A stretch of DNA of 60,263 nucleotides, filler included, from Catajapyx aquilonaris (GCA_000934665.2; 4 parts of 4 records of this genome joined end to end with filler, not necessarily neighbours in it); one strand, 5' to 3'; counted from the whole stretch's first letter, positions 1-12,959 are shown. Notes: generated by a model not told the origin, from the sequence alone. A program made the numbers and translations.

Positions 1-2784
1 GATCGATGTTGCATTTTGTGCCCTTGAATTATATGAAGACGTTTGTCTCTCTTCCTTTCACATATCCGGTACAGCGAATAACCAGCTGGTAATGCGCGCA
101 TTAGCCGAGCGGATATCACAGAGAGCACGCTTAGACTCTGGGAATAATACTGGGTTGTTGGGAATGATACTGTCACAAACTAACATGGCTAAGGAAACCA
201 TGGTCCACGTGCTTCGGTTTTAGTCACTCAGATTCCAACTGCGTCAAGATATAAGAACCGCACCCCATGTCCGCTTTTTCGTGGAATTGCCCNNNNNNNN
301 NNNNNNNNNNNNNNNNNNNNNNNNNNNNNNNNNNNNNNNNNNNNNNNNNNNNNNNNNNNNNNNNNNNNNNNNNNNNNNNNGGGGCAGCTTGGTACACTTG
401 CCCTGGGCCTCGGAGGGATAAGTCCAGCCAGGGGCCCGGCCAGGCCAGACTTATCCAACCAGCCGACATAAACTTACTGGGCAATCATTTTTGGAGGCCC
501 CATTTCAATACTGACTCATAATTTCCAAATTTTGGCAATTATAATAATAAGCCAATTTGGGGCCCCTCTTTGGGTTGGGGACTCAGGCCCTATAATTCAA
601 TACTGGCTTTTAAATGTCAAATTTTTCCAATAGAAATTCGCCAATTTGGGGCCCCCTGTTTCGGTCGGGAGGCCTAGTCCCTGTCCATATGCAAGGATTC
701 GATCAGACTTGCCCAACGCACACTAATTCTCTCACCATGAAAATGCAACCACTCAAGATGTGGGAAAAAGGAAAAGGGCTTGCCTACGTACAGTACAGTT
801 CTGTATAAAGGGGAACCTAGCCGAAATTTTGAAGGCCTTAAAATGAGCCATTGGCACATATTGTTTTCGGTTAGTGGAAGTAGTCAAAACCCAACGAACA
901 TAATTATGTACATCAAAAGATGGAGGAAGACGAGGAGAATGCAACTACTATAGAATTAGCTTTACTCGAATATGTAACCAGAAAAACGTGTGGCATTCCA
1001 TCTGTCACATATCTCATAATTGGGGTCCCCTAAAATTAGTGATGAATCTGCAAAAACCTTAAGCTAGCAAGAGGAGCCATGACATTGCAATAGTAGAGGC
1101 TAGGTTCCCCAACGTGTGCATTTATATCCCTTTTCCTCTTTTCCATATCTTGACTGGTTGCATTTTCAGGGTGTGCGTATTATTCTGTGCTTGTGCAAGT
1201 GAAATTGGTACCTACTGGCGCATCTCATTGACTGCTTTGTACATTTTTGGAGTCTAGGGCTTATAACTTTATTCCACTTTACACCGAGCCATGAAAACTG
1301 AATTGCAGGGAATTTATTTATGATAATTATATGCCTATGAATTTATTTTTCCCTTACTGTAGACCAAAATATATTGCAAACATCGCTAATATGAAATGTG
1401 ATATATTTGTAAACTCTGCAAGCTTTTTTTGTAGAAAATTCAAGCAGTATTAATTTCCAATTATAACTTCATTATATGCTTTTATTACCGCTAACTTGCC
1501 AACCAGTCCCAACCACATGTAATCATAACAACATGTGCGTTTGTGACTTCAATGCCAAAGGTCAATAGTAATTGTTTTGGTTGCATTTTTTAATGTCGTT
1601 ATAAGAAGGGACCTCGAACATGACTCCTGCCCCGGCCTCAGCTCTGCAGGGGCCTGCATACATGTATGGTATTATCTCTGGGGATGTGGCTAACACAACT
1701 TTTGAAACCTAGTTTATCCTAACATAAACTAACCTAACCTAACCTAATATAACCTATCCTATCCTACCTAACCTACTCTACCCTAACTAATCTAGGCTGA
1801 GATAAATGGATTTTTTTTAAACCCAATTGTGGGGACATACATGTCCTAAAGCAGTACCAAATCAGGCGTTTTAACTGTGGGGACCGAAAAGGTCCCCACA
1901 GTTATAGTTGTAGCACCCATTTCCGTCCCCAGAGCTAATGTATCACGTTGATGAACCATGAGCTGAGCCCGGAACTATACGAAGCGTACCAAAGCCTGCT
2001 TTGTGTGCTTTGCTCGTCTCGCCAGTGTCAGCAGATTATTAGTCCCAACTTCCTGTTTGGAGGGAGGTAGGAGGAGCATGCTTCAGTGCTATTATGGTTA
2101 CTGGTATCTGCGGGGAATTTTCGCGGCGGGCGCATACATAAAATTTCAGTCTCCAATATACAAGTATACGCCAGTATTCAGTTTCTCAATATTTTAAACA
2201 ACTGTTATGCCACAGCTACATGCATTCGTAAGTCATAATGCAGTATAGACTACGTATAAAATTCTTTTTGTTTCGTGGTTTTGGCCGCCCTCCTCGGCTT
2301 AGCCCTCTGTGCGGGGGCACCTCTCGCACCACCCTAAACCCAATCCTGCGGAGATCCTGTTTGTGAGAAATTATGTTGCTTCTTTCTCGCTCTCATTTTG
2401 CGCCCCCCTGCCCCCCCCCCCTCCACGGTACGCCACTGTTCAGAGGTGCAACCAGATGTGCATCGATGGTGCCTCCAGGAGAAGATGCCTGATTTCTTCT
2501 CCGACGCGATGCATTAACTGGTCTGATTTTGGTGCATGCATGTGACTAGGGATGGTGATTTCATGGAAAAGTAGTGACACCACCTGGTAGAGGAGAGTCC
2601 AAGCTTTTTAACCAGACATATAGTTTATGGGATTATCTTGCGTATTATTGAAATTATCACCTAGAAGGTAAAACTTTTCAAACCGACCTCATATCATTAC
2701 TTAATTAAAGCTACTGTAGGGTATCGGCTGGACAAAATGTACATTACAGTAACCTCTCATGCTCTCTTGACTTTTTTTTGACAG

Positions 2785-2857
2785 GGAGATCACAGATTAC
2801 AAAGAAAAGCGATTGAAAAAGGACTACTCAACTGCCTCCTGGGTGTTACAAGCAAGC
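2785..2857 (+). CDS. Probable upstream exon of ZMYND11-like gene (EITDYKEKRLKKDYSTASWVLQ)
   Basis: Polypyrimidine tract plus CAG acceptor at 2782-2784; open frame; GT donor at 2858 (or GC donor at 2852) in phase with the 2965 exon. Confidence 0.5.
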
Positions 2858-2964
2858 GTATGATGGATTATGTATGATATACGATTATCCAGAGCAGTAA
2901 TGTTTAAAAAAAACTTATGTCAGAGTAAATGTATGAACACAGTCCATGTATTGTACCTTTGTAG

Positions 2965-3217
2965 ATGCCTAAGAGCCTTCCTGTCTGCAAAGTAGAAGAA
3001 AGCACAAATCCCCAACTATTGTCCATAGATCATCAGCAAGAGCTGATGTGCTATTTCACCATGATCTATGAATCAGTAGACATTGCAACTATTGTCGACA
3101 AGGCTGACAACCATAAGTACAACTCTCTTGATGAATTCCTGACCGATGCGATGACAATCGTTCACAACGTCACTATATATTATGGAAAGCCACAGACAAA
3201 TACCACAGGAAAGAATG
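2965..3217 (+). CDS. ZMYND11/ZMYND8-like exon, bromodomain C-terminal half
   Basis: VDIATIVDKADNHKYNSLDEFLTDAMTIVHNVTIYYG matches bromodomain helices; tttgtag acceptor and G|gtaagc donor. Confidence 0.85.
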
Positions 3218-3338
3218 GTAAGCTGAATACTCTCTCAGTTATTGATCTCACTCTTAATTATTGTTTGCACTGTACCTCACCACAAATATGTATATAGATA
3301 TTACAGTATATTCATTTATGTTTTTATCTCATCAACAG

Positions 3339-3639
3339 GCAATAACTTTTTAGCCAGGCCAGGGCCATGCTTCAGGCATGTACCTATGATGTACAAGAAA
3401 TAGTAAGATGCACAGATTGCGTCAGGCTATCAGTTGAGAAGCCTGAGATGTGGTTCACTCACTTGTGTGATCCACCTCATGCAGTAGTGTATGCCAAAAT
3501 CCCGGGTTACCCATACTGGCCAGCAAAGGTCATGAATGTTCATGATACCCATTATGATGTGCGGTTCTTTGGTGGGCAGCATAAAAGGGCGAGTGTGGAA
3601 TCAAAATATGTCAAGCCCATATCTAATGATACCATTCAG
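3339..3639 (+). CDS. ZMYND11/ZMYND8-like exon, zinc finger plus PWWP domain (apparent 1-nt frameshift at 5' end)
   Basis: CTDC...WFTHLCDPPHAVVYAKIPGYPYWPAKV...DVRFFGGQHKRA, the bromo-ZnF-PWWP signature of BS69/ZMYND11; CAG|gtaaga donor. Confidence 0.85.
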
Positions 3640-4025
3640 GTAAGAGCAAATGACAATCGTGAAATACTGTTAGCTACAGTTACTAAGTTATATGGCCAAG
3701 TCTAGCAGGGAGCCCGTTCTTCGCATGGGGTTTGATAATTGAAAAAACCAGAAAGAAGTTTCTAGAACCTGCTTATGCAGTATACCTCCCGGAGCTTTCG
3801 CCCCCAGAATCTTCGCCTCCATTACATATTCTATTTGCCACAGTTCGCTGCTGTCGTTGGGACGGAGGGGCATTTGTATGCAATTGAAACTCGTCAAAGG
3901 CACAATAACTTGCAAATAACCCGGTGTTGCCCAGGTGGGTTGTGGTGTGTTGTGATGGTAGAGGTAGGGGTATGCAAGAATGAAATACACTTCATAAACT
4001 TGATCAATATGTGACTGGTCCTATA

Positions 4026-4933
4026 CAAGGTGTTCTAAGTACATTGTCACTTTTCTTATCACTAATATTGTCCAAAGTGGTTATTTTTTTGTAGTGCCCC
4101 TAATCATTTGCCCTATTCTATAGCAACTTAAACAGGGTGATTCTCCCGAATGGAAACCCAAACATTCCACAATAACTTTTTAACTGTGGTATGGTTCCCG
4201 ATGAAAATTGACATGCACTTACCTTGTATCATGCCGAACAAGGTCTGACTAAAGAATATACCAAAAGTGGTGCCCTCCAGCATCCAAGAATTTTTAAATG
4301 CGAGTCTGCATATTGCCGAAAACTCCGGAGATTGGCGGCGGGGATGGCATCAATCTCCCGCACCCGCCTGCTTGGCGAGAGCCGAGAGGTCATCTCATGG
4401 CCACGGGAACTGTCCAATTCATTTTGCAGTATGATGGGTTGTTTTTTTCCCTCCCTCCCCCCCCCNNNCTCCCTCTCTCCCTCTCTCTCTCTCTCTCTCT
4501 CTAGCGGAGTTTGTTGAAGGGCTGTGTATACAAAAATAACCCTCGAACAATTGATGCACACCTTATGGTGGCTCGCGGCAGGCGGGAGATTGATGCCATC
4601 CCCGCCGCCAATCTGCAGGAGTTTTCGGCAATATGCAGACTCGCATTAAAAAATTCTTGGATGCTGGAGGGGACCACTTTTGGTATATATTCTTTAGTCA
4701 GACCTTGTTTGGCATGATACATGGTATGTATATGTCAATTTTGATCGGGAACCATACCATAGTTAAAAAGTTATTGAGGAATGTTTGGGTTTCCATTCGG
4801 GAGAATCACCCTGTATATTCGACCACCTGGGAGTAATGGGGCAACTGATTAGGGGCACAACAAGCTACAAAAAAATAACTACTTCAGGCAATATTAGTGA
4901 TAAAAAAGTGACCCACGAACTTGGAACACCCTG
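4026..4933. mobile_element. Tc1/mariner-type MITE (outer) carrying a nested long-TIR MITE
   Basis: TA|CAAGGTGTTC...GAACACCCTG|TA with ~100-bp imperfect TIRs. Confidence 0.75.
4133..4813. mobile_element. Tc1/mariner-type MITE with ~250-bp TIRs
   Basis: CAGGGTGATTCTCCCGAATGG...CCATTCGGGAGAATCACCCTG|TA; arms highly similar. Confidence 0.9.
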
Positions 4934-5304
4934 TATATGGGCCATATTGTGTAGTAGGCCTATGTGTACGTAGTATTTGAAAACAATAAGCAAAAGTTTT
5001 TTCATTGCCTCCTCTGAGGAGGCCAATCATGCCACGGTTAGTGGAATCGATGCACATTATATTCAGTGAAACCTGTGCATTGCAGAATCGCATGGGACCC
5101 TTGAAAAATTTCCCTAATAAATAGGTTTCTACTATATTCAGATCAAGGACGTTGCTGATATTTTTTGCCAGTGTGAAAGAGAGGAAAATAGGGAGACCAA
5201 AAATAAGCACCTTACCTCAATATGGTGCAAAATCAGTCCATTCAGTAGCATTTTTGTGGAATAGTATGTTTTACCCTACGGTTTTACCTGGCTTACAGCA
5301 CATC

Positions 5305-5559
5305 TTAAACGGCAGTTGAAAATACCCTGAACAAACGCTTCCCACCTTGATCTACTTTGAGATTCATGACACTTGCATCACCTCGCACTGTTTTCCATGA
5401 AATTCTGTGCCTGTTACGGAAACTTTCCAGCTCCCCATTTGAAGCACTAAATTTTCCACACCAGGTTTGGGCTATTAATTTTGCCTGCTCTGTTGGACCA
5501 TCGGCTATGACACTGGCAATACGTTGAGCCTGGGTCAACTCCTTCCTCTTCCCCAACAT
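5305..5559 (-). mobile_element. Tigger/pogo transposase remnant (CENP-B-type HTH)
   Basis: FSASNGELESFRNRHRISWKTVRGDASV resembles the FxASxGWLxxFKxRHxI motif. Confidence 0.7.
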
Positions 5560-5797
5560 TCTAAACCTGGACAGAACTGTTAACTAAACTTGAAGGCAGG
5601 ACACCTATATGAATCATAAGTCACAATCTTATTGGCCACCCTGCAAGCCATCTCTTTGTTTTCCAACCAGAAATAGTTCCCTTTCCTCACCAATGTCTTC
5701 AAGACCATGGTCAGATAGCAATTGCAGAAATTATGAGACAAGGTATGAAGTCAGACAGTCCCAAAAGTATTACTCCGAGGCCTCCTGGGATGGTCTA

Positions 5798-6370
5798 GAG
5801 CGGTTCCCAAAGTTTTTGTCCTGTGGAGCCCTATTTTTGAAATTTGACAGCGGAGCCCCAGACATTTTTCACTTTCAATGTGGGCTTTAGGTAGGGCCTA
5901 TACAATATGTACTGTGTATATCGCTCAAAAATATGGACACGATTATGCCTTTAGTTTCAAAGAAAATTTGTTTCTATATTTTTGAGCGACATAATACAAT
6001 AGTCATAGACATAGACATTAGATGCAGAACAAAACAGCATCTTATTTTCATTACAATTTTTTAATACAATAGTGCACCTATGAGATGAATGGGGTTATTT
6101 AGGTTTGCATAGTTTCACGATGTCCAATTTTGTGTGTGGATGCAGAAAAATATCAGGTTCAGAGGTGGATCCTGTGCTAGGTTTTCAGTTGGTTTTAGTT
6201 GCTGCATAGGCAGAAAATCCCGATTCACACAAATAAGTGACGAAAGTGGCAAAAGGAAAAATAATTGTTAAAAATTGGCCAGTGGTTTAAATTTGTCTTT
6301 TCAATTTAGCCAAAATCCTGAACAAGACTTACTTTACGAGAAGGCAATTTTCAAAGTGGTGTCTGATGTA
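5798..6370 (-). mobile_element. hAT (Buster/Charlie-like) remnant
   Basis: GCGGTTCCCAAA terminus at ~5800; minus strand near 6200-6260 encodes TYLCESGFSAY of the hAT dimerization region. Confidence 0.65.
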
Positions 6371-6699
6371 ATGCCCAATGAGGAGAGAAAGGATTTTTAA
6401 ATTTTTACATATTTTTTATTCTGTAGTCAGAACACTGGAACCAAAATATCTATTCGTTTTATAACACAAGGACCTCAAAAATCGTGGTTTTATAGAACCA
6501 TTAAATTGCCTATTTTGGGTGTTGGAACCTAAATGGAATGTTAGCGACTATTTGCATCTATTTCCACCTTTTTGACGCCGTTCTGTAAGATTTTCGAGAG
6601 TTCTGTGGGTTTTCTGCTCAAGACATCTCTCCCACTTCAACCTGTGAAGGGCAAAGAAACTGTATGGGCATGCCCGGCATTCCAGATATACTGGCTGTA

Positions 6700-6765
6700 C
6701 AGTGTTGGTCATATATCGAGGCAACCCCGCTCGCTGGCGGTTGCCTCGATAAATGACCAACACTG
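6700..6765. mobile_element. 66-bp hairpin mini-MITE
   Basis: TA|CAGTGTTGGTCATATATCGAGGCAACC...GGTTGCCTCGATAAATGACCAACACTG|TA. Confidence 0.8.
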
Positions 6766-6800
6766 TACAAGACATTTCACTTTCCGAGTACTTGTATGAA

Positions 6801-7076
6801 GGGGAGGCATGGTGGTCTGGTGGTTATGCCACTGGCCAGCCAAGCGGGAGGCCGGGGTTCAAATCACGTCCCCGTCACCTCTGCTTGGGCGGGTCTTTTT
6901 CCGCTTTTCACCTGACATGCCGGGGCAGAATTGCACTCCCTACTCTGCCCAGGGCCAGGAAAAAAGGTCTGGTGTATTTCAGAAAGTCAGAAATGACTAT
7001 AATTACAGAGCCCTCCTTTGGGAACCTCTCATTCCCCCCTAAAAGGGCTCCGCTCTATCATAGGGTAAAAAAAAAA
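6801..7076 (+). mobile_element. tRNA-derived SINE, family A
   Basis: A box TGGTCTGGTGG, B box GGTTCAAATC, A-tail; homologous copy at 38346-38665. Confidence 0.85.
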
Positions 7077-8128
7077 GGTACTTTTATGATCCAGTTGCTT
7101 TGTGTGACATCGAAAGGTCATTCTCAGAGTATAAAGATGTATTGTCAGAGAGGCGTTGCTTACTAACCAACGAATACATGGAACAAATGCTTGATTGTTA
7201 CTGTACTACAGAATTCCATGGTCAAGAGTAGGCTGTATAGGAATTTTTAAAAAATAGGACCTACTCAATTTTTACTGCCTATTTAAGAACCTATTTTGAC
7301 TGTTTTCAGGACCTAAATGCCTACCTTTAAAAATTTCAGAACCTAAAAATCAGTTCTGTACTAATGAAGCATTCATATACATTTGATTCAGGCAGATTGG
7401 TTTTGAAGTAATGGCAAATGAATTCATCACTCAGTCATATACTCCTTCGTGTTAGCTCCTGAGCCGTTGGAACCATATTTCTCGAAGAAATTGCTTAGAC
7501 ATCATAGGTGCTCGCAAATGTCACTCAGCCACACCCCTTCTGGTGCCTCCAACTGATGTCCTTGTAGGCCTAGTTGTTTCATAAGTGGCAAACACCGCCA
7601 CCCTCAATAAATTTGGCCCAGAACGACATTTTCTTTTAAATGAGAGCATTCTGTCGCTTGTATCGAAACTGTTGGCCAGGAAATGAAATCGCACCCTTTC
7701 TTTGTCCAGCATCCAGGGTGTCATCCAGATTGTCAAGCTACTTGGTGTTTCTAAGTGTGGTCAGTGAGGCTGGGTAGAGAGAGGGTAGGGATGGTGTGGG
7801 CAGGAAGGGGTCTGCAGATTCTGCACTGAGTTTAGACCTTGGACTTTGCTCTGAACATAATAAGGTGGCTACATCACCTTCAGCCAGCTTCTAAACAGGG
7901 TTGCCAGACCACTTTTTGTCTGATTGCATTAGTATCCAGCAAGGACCTATAAAGACACAACAGGGGGTGTTTGAGTTTTAGAAGTTCCAATGTACATGGG
8001 AATGTGTGCTGTTGGGATCATTAATTTGTAATATTATGGGGACATACATCAAGGCTTCTTTGAATCTACCTTCTATGAAAGGTTGGCAGCAGATTATGTT
8101 ATGCATATACTTACAATTTGTTATACAG

Positions 8129-8318
8129 GGGCCCATGAAGATAAATACCAAGGAGAGGGCAGAAGCCTTAGAAGAACTAAAGATTTATGTGGATAATTTA
8201 AAAGGGGCTGCATTTGTGCCAACGGAGCTGATTTGTCCTCGTGTTCAAGAGTCTGACTGCCCACCAATGAAAAGACGCAAGATGTCTTTTTAAAAACCTA
8301 AGCCAGCTTGCGGAAAAG
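8129..8318 (+). CDS. ZMYND11/ZMYND8-like exon, PWWP terminal helix
   Basis: atacag acceptor in phase 0; ERAEALEELKIYVDNLK resembles the post-PWWP helix of this family; TAA at 8291-8293; AAG|gtgaga donor followed by a 65-nt intron ending at 8383. Confidence 0.65.
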
Positions 8319-9251
8319 GTGAGATTCTCCCTCAATTTTACATAAACCACACTGTTAATTACCTTGACTTACCCTTTTTACAGGTTGATAATACAGTGAG
8401 GCATAAATACCAACCCCCAGGAACCACTAATGGTAGAGTGCACCAGAGGGTTTGTTGTGCATACAGACATAATTTATTGGAGAGTGTCCTTAACTTACTT
8501 TCATGCAACCTAAGACAGTGACTTTCTTGGGTTTCTGAGGGTCAGTTTTTTTTTTTGTTCTGATTTTTTTGCAAGTCAGCTGATCAATATCATGTTTTGT
8601 GTTCACTTCCCCTCTGAATGTTTCCTGGGCATTTAAATTTTACCTGTTCTATGACCTTCGTTTTTAATGGCAAACAACATTCACTTGCAGTGAATTATAC
8701 TATAAGTAATCATAATGTTGCATTATTTTGTATTTAGGTTTCTTATAATTTCTGATAATTGACTTACATGGGGTCTGGTAGTGACTTTTTTTTTGTTTTG
8801 GTTTGTTGGTGAGGTAGGGCTTTTGATTCCACTTTCACACCAACATTAGGAGTTCATTTTATTTCCTCCACCTTCTGTTAAATGTGATGCCCCATGCCTT
8901 CTGTATCCAGGCCCTAGTATTATGCAGTATTATATGGTGTGTTCAATTTTAGTAAGTGTGGTTTTGTTATTAATATTTCTAAAATAAAGTTTACAACATG
9001 AGAGCTGATAACATACATTCAGTATAATTAGCAAGTCACTGCTTCCCAAATAATTATTACTTAACAATAGGTTCCGCAAGTAAAATCAGCTACATACAGT
9101 ATATAATGGAAATCTTGTGTATGCTTCAGAATTAAAATGAAGTAACCAGCATGAGTGAATGGCATGGTGACTGCCTGGGCCCATATGTTGCCCAAGGGAC
9201 TCATACTGGTGTATCAAGTTCAGTCAGACTTTAAAAGAAAATCAATACATG

Positions 9252-11437
9252 CAGCTGACAAGGGACACTTTCCAAGTGCCACTAGCGGATTTTCATGAAA
9301 TTTGGTGCATTGGTAGCCCAACCCAAGGGATGAAAAACGCACCTAAAATTACCTGCTCGAAATGACCATGTGACCACATCTTGAGGGGGGCAGAGGCCAA
9401 CTCGTAAAATTCCTAAAACTCTTTGACGGCATCTTCAACTAAATAATTTAATGGGAAATCATGACCTGATGCGCCAGTAGCCAGGAAATATCGTGAAATG
9501 TTTGAAATATCAAGCAGTTTATACCCAGAATGTCCTGACTACCAAAACAAAAGGCATGGCGAGGCTTATTTTGGCAACATTTCAGGATGGTGTTAAACCT
9601 GTCACAGGCCTCTGTAATTATTGTAGCTTACACTATCTAACTGTAAGTGACCCAATGCACAAGTTTGAAGTATGCCAAGAGATCTCGGCTAGCCATGTAC
9701 TGGTGGCTGCTCGCACGGTGGCATCACTGTAGCCAGCCGTACGAGCTTTCCCAACAGTGCTACATGTCTCAAAAAGAGACCATAAATAGGGATATACCTA
9801 CTAAAGCACAACTTAAGAATAAATATTTGTACTTATAAAGAATGACATTTTCTCAAGACATATTTATGTCAATGAAGCAACGTTGGACAGAAACAAAATG
9901 CTTTCTTACTGGACAAAACTGACATGTGAAACAAAAAACCGCAATGGAAGATTTTTAAAGACAAAATGAAACAAAACTAAAAATATTACAGATCCTGTAG
10001 TCACAAAGTAATAACTAGAGTCTGCATTTTTAGCCACGAAAAACCCCTGAAATAGGCACGAAAAAATCTCTAATAGGCACAAAATTGTTACTTTTTTGGG
10101 AGTATGGAGTATAATGTTGCATAAAATAAAAAAGCTAGAATAATTTTATAGGCCTAAAATATAAGGTCACAAACCATAGCAAAAACCGAATAACCACGAT
10201 TAACTGACAGGAAATCGCGAAACTTGGGCAAGCAAGTAACACTTGCTCTGGACTCTACCGCTTATAGCCAGTTTCCACTTGCACAATATGTTGCTAAATA
10301 TTTTTGTAAGTTTTCCTCTACAGGTTTGGAACAATCAGAGGAATTTAGAAAAATATTTGGCATATGCATCACGAAAACATTTTCGTAGTATTACTTCAGA
10401 GTCACGATTTTGGTCCTTTCAGGAGCACAAAAAATACTCGGGAAAAAAACAAACATGCCTCTGAAGAAATAGGTCTGGAATAGGCCCAAAAAGTCTCGAA
10501 ATTGTTTCAAAAAGTTCAAAAACTATCCCAAAAAAGGCCAAATAGGCATGAAAAGTCGCGAAAAGCCAGAATAGGCAAAATAATTCCCAAATCACGAAAT
10601 AGGCCAGTTTAGGTACTATAAAACCTACATATTCCACATTCTGCACTTATGAAACAGGATAGATCTCTTCACAAAACCATCCCAACTGCAAAGGAACTAA
10701 ATAGGCATTTTCCTAAAAACCCAGACTCTAGTAATAATATTACTAGAGTCCGGGTTTTTAGGAAAATGCTTCTAATCACAAGCTAAAACACAGCAGAATG
10801 TATGTAAAATGACCAGGTAAATTAAAGAAATTAACAAATACCATTTAGGCAAAGGTCATATTTTCATATCCATAGCATGGAAGAACTCTTAAATGACTGA
10901 ACTCTTAATAAATCAGGTAACTCAACAAACATGTTGCAGAGGTGGTATTCAATGAAAATGTGGAAGAAGCACAGGGAAGAGCACAGGAGATCCTTACACC
11001 AACTGCATTTTAGGAAGGCTAATGCATGACAGAATGCACACCAGTCATCGTTATCTACTGTAATTCGAAGTAAAACTGAACAGGTGTGTGAAATTCTGCA
11101 GGCCTGTCCTCAATGTACTGTACCCACTTTTAAACTAGGTGTACTGTATCATGGGCCTTAATGGAGGGGACGCCAACTGGTTCATGGTCAGAGATGGTTT
11201 GAGATTGTTGCACGTGTGAAGTACACAATCAACATAAAATTATTCTACACTGACAGTTTTCACAAAAACCTTCATCGGTCTAGAAAAGTAAACATCTAGC
11301 CCCCCTCAAAAAAGGGGTCACATGGTCATTTGGGAAGGTATAACTTTAGGTGCGTTTTTCATCCCTTGGGGTGGGCTACTAATGCACCAAATTTCATGAA
11401 AAAAAAGTGGCACTTGGAAAGTGTCCCTTGTGAGCTG
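9252..11437. mobile_element. Non-autonomous DNA transposon with ~140-bp TIRs and a nested insertion
   Basis: CAGCTGACAAGGGACACTTTCCAAGTGCCAC at 9252 is inverted at 11300-11437. Confidence 0.7.
10016..10730. mobile_element. hAT-like MITE
   Basis: TAGAGTCTG...CAGACTCTA termini, 8-bp TSD GTAATAAC/GTAATAAT, internal AATAGGC repeats. Confidence 0.75.
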
Positions 11438-11539
11438 ATTATATGGATGGGAAGACACTGCCCATGTGTGAAAGATTATCAAGTTTTGTTTTCATCTTCA
11501 AGTACTTGTACAAGAGATCCTTTATATTCATCCTTCTCC

Positions 11540-12130
11540 TAATACCTTAATAATCGCAAGCATTCACCTGTAGATGAGGTTTGACAATGACGAGGAGTTG
11601 CATTGCAGTGTTCAGAGATCAGGGAAATGGCTGGCGGAAAATGTCTATGTCATAAGCATACAAAATCCGGTGCAACTCTATGACAAATGCCTCAATTTGG
11701 CTGGAAACTATTGAAAAAAAATAGTAGACAGTTGAGGATTTCAGATGTATGTAATGGAAATTCTAGGGGTACATTGTTGCTTTTATAATAAAAAATGGAC
11801 CTTATTTTCCGGTTGCACCTCGTAGTTTGACATTGCATGTGAGAGCATAAAAATAAATTAGACTAAAAGAATGTGCACCAAATAGTTTGAAATTGCATAA
11901 AAATAGTTTGACATTGCATAAAAATAATTAGACAAAAGACTGAAGTGGACATGTTTATCATCAGAATTGGCTTATGTTACTCTGCCACTTTAATATTAGG
12001 GTGAACAAAATTAATGAAACCCGTTCTTGATGTCTGGTGAGGATACTGCTGAACAGTATTGGGTCTAAACCCTTGGCGGTCAGAATGAGAAATTGAATAG
12101 CCATGTGCTGATCCTGCCTAGACATGCTCA
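11540..12130. mobile_element. Degenerate mariner remnants
   Basis: Plus strand YDKCLNLAGNY (mariner C-terminus) with a ...CACCTCGTA terminus near 11824; minus strand AIQFL..TAKG (N-terminus-like). Confidence 0.5.
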
Positions 12131-12456
12131 ACAGTATGCACACCATCTTGGAATAGTTGCATCGGAATGGCATGCGCTTATAGCACAGGAGTGAATAATG
12201 AGTGCATATGCAAAAAGAAAAGGACTGCAAACTGCTGCAAACACTAGTTTTCAAAATATATTGGAGCCATGTTGGACCATAATGGACAGTAACGATCGTC
12301 GCGGTATGCATGTGGAATCTTACCTATGCATTTAGAAGGTGTTGTTATTATCGTGCTGTAGTGGAAGTTTGAATTCAGCAGTATCCTCTCCAGATGCCAC
12401 GAACAGGTTTCATTTGATTCACCCTCTTATCTTGTGGTGGTTGTGGTCTAAATTAC

Positions 12457-12959
12457 ATCCCACCAAAAACATTTCTGTAAAAAAAAGGCCAAGTTCTCCT
12501 GACTGCTTGGCCGTAAAAAGTGGTGAGATCTGAAATACGGCCAAGTTCAACGTCGTTGTCAATTACTGGCATTCTCAACTTCTTCAACCTAAACCACTAA
12601 CTTTGTTTTTCCAGGTCGACCGTAAGTTTAATCATCAAAACATTTTAATGGAGTTTCTCCTGATGTCACTTGGCCATTGCTCTTAAAACATTGAAAGAGT
12701 TGTAGAATTCAACAATACCTCGGACATGAGCAATGGCCAAGTGACATCAGGAGAAACTCCATTAAAATGTTTTGATGATTAAACTTAAGGTCGACCTGGA
12801 AAAACCAAGTTATTGGTATACGAGTAGGTTGAAGAAGTTGAGAATGCCAGTAATTGACAACGACGTTGAACTTGGCCGTATTTCAGATCTCACCACTTTT
12901 TACGGCCAAGCAGTCAGGAGAACTTTGCCTTTTTTTTACAGAAATGTTTTTGGTGGGAT
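12457..12959. repeat. Long inverted repeat (arms ~226/232 bp, 45-bp spacer)
   Basis: 12457-12682 is the near-perfect reverse complement of 12728-12959; no TIR or TSD signature. Confidence 0.95.

Noticed and set aside
1725..1795. (CCTAA)n resembling the arthropod telomere repeat TTAGG; also at 35150-35175
   Set aside because: Short, degenerate and internal; such tracts are common inside arthropod DNA-transposon repeats
4224..4722. Mirror-image ORF pairs (also at 31443-32177, 51377-51653, 53242-53723)
   Set aside because: Translations of MITE inverted repeats, not genes
10324..10388. Acceptor-like site as a further ZMYND11-like exon
   Set aside because: Lies inside a hAT-like MITE, reaches a stop quickly and has no family similarity
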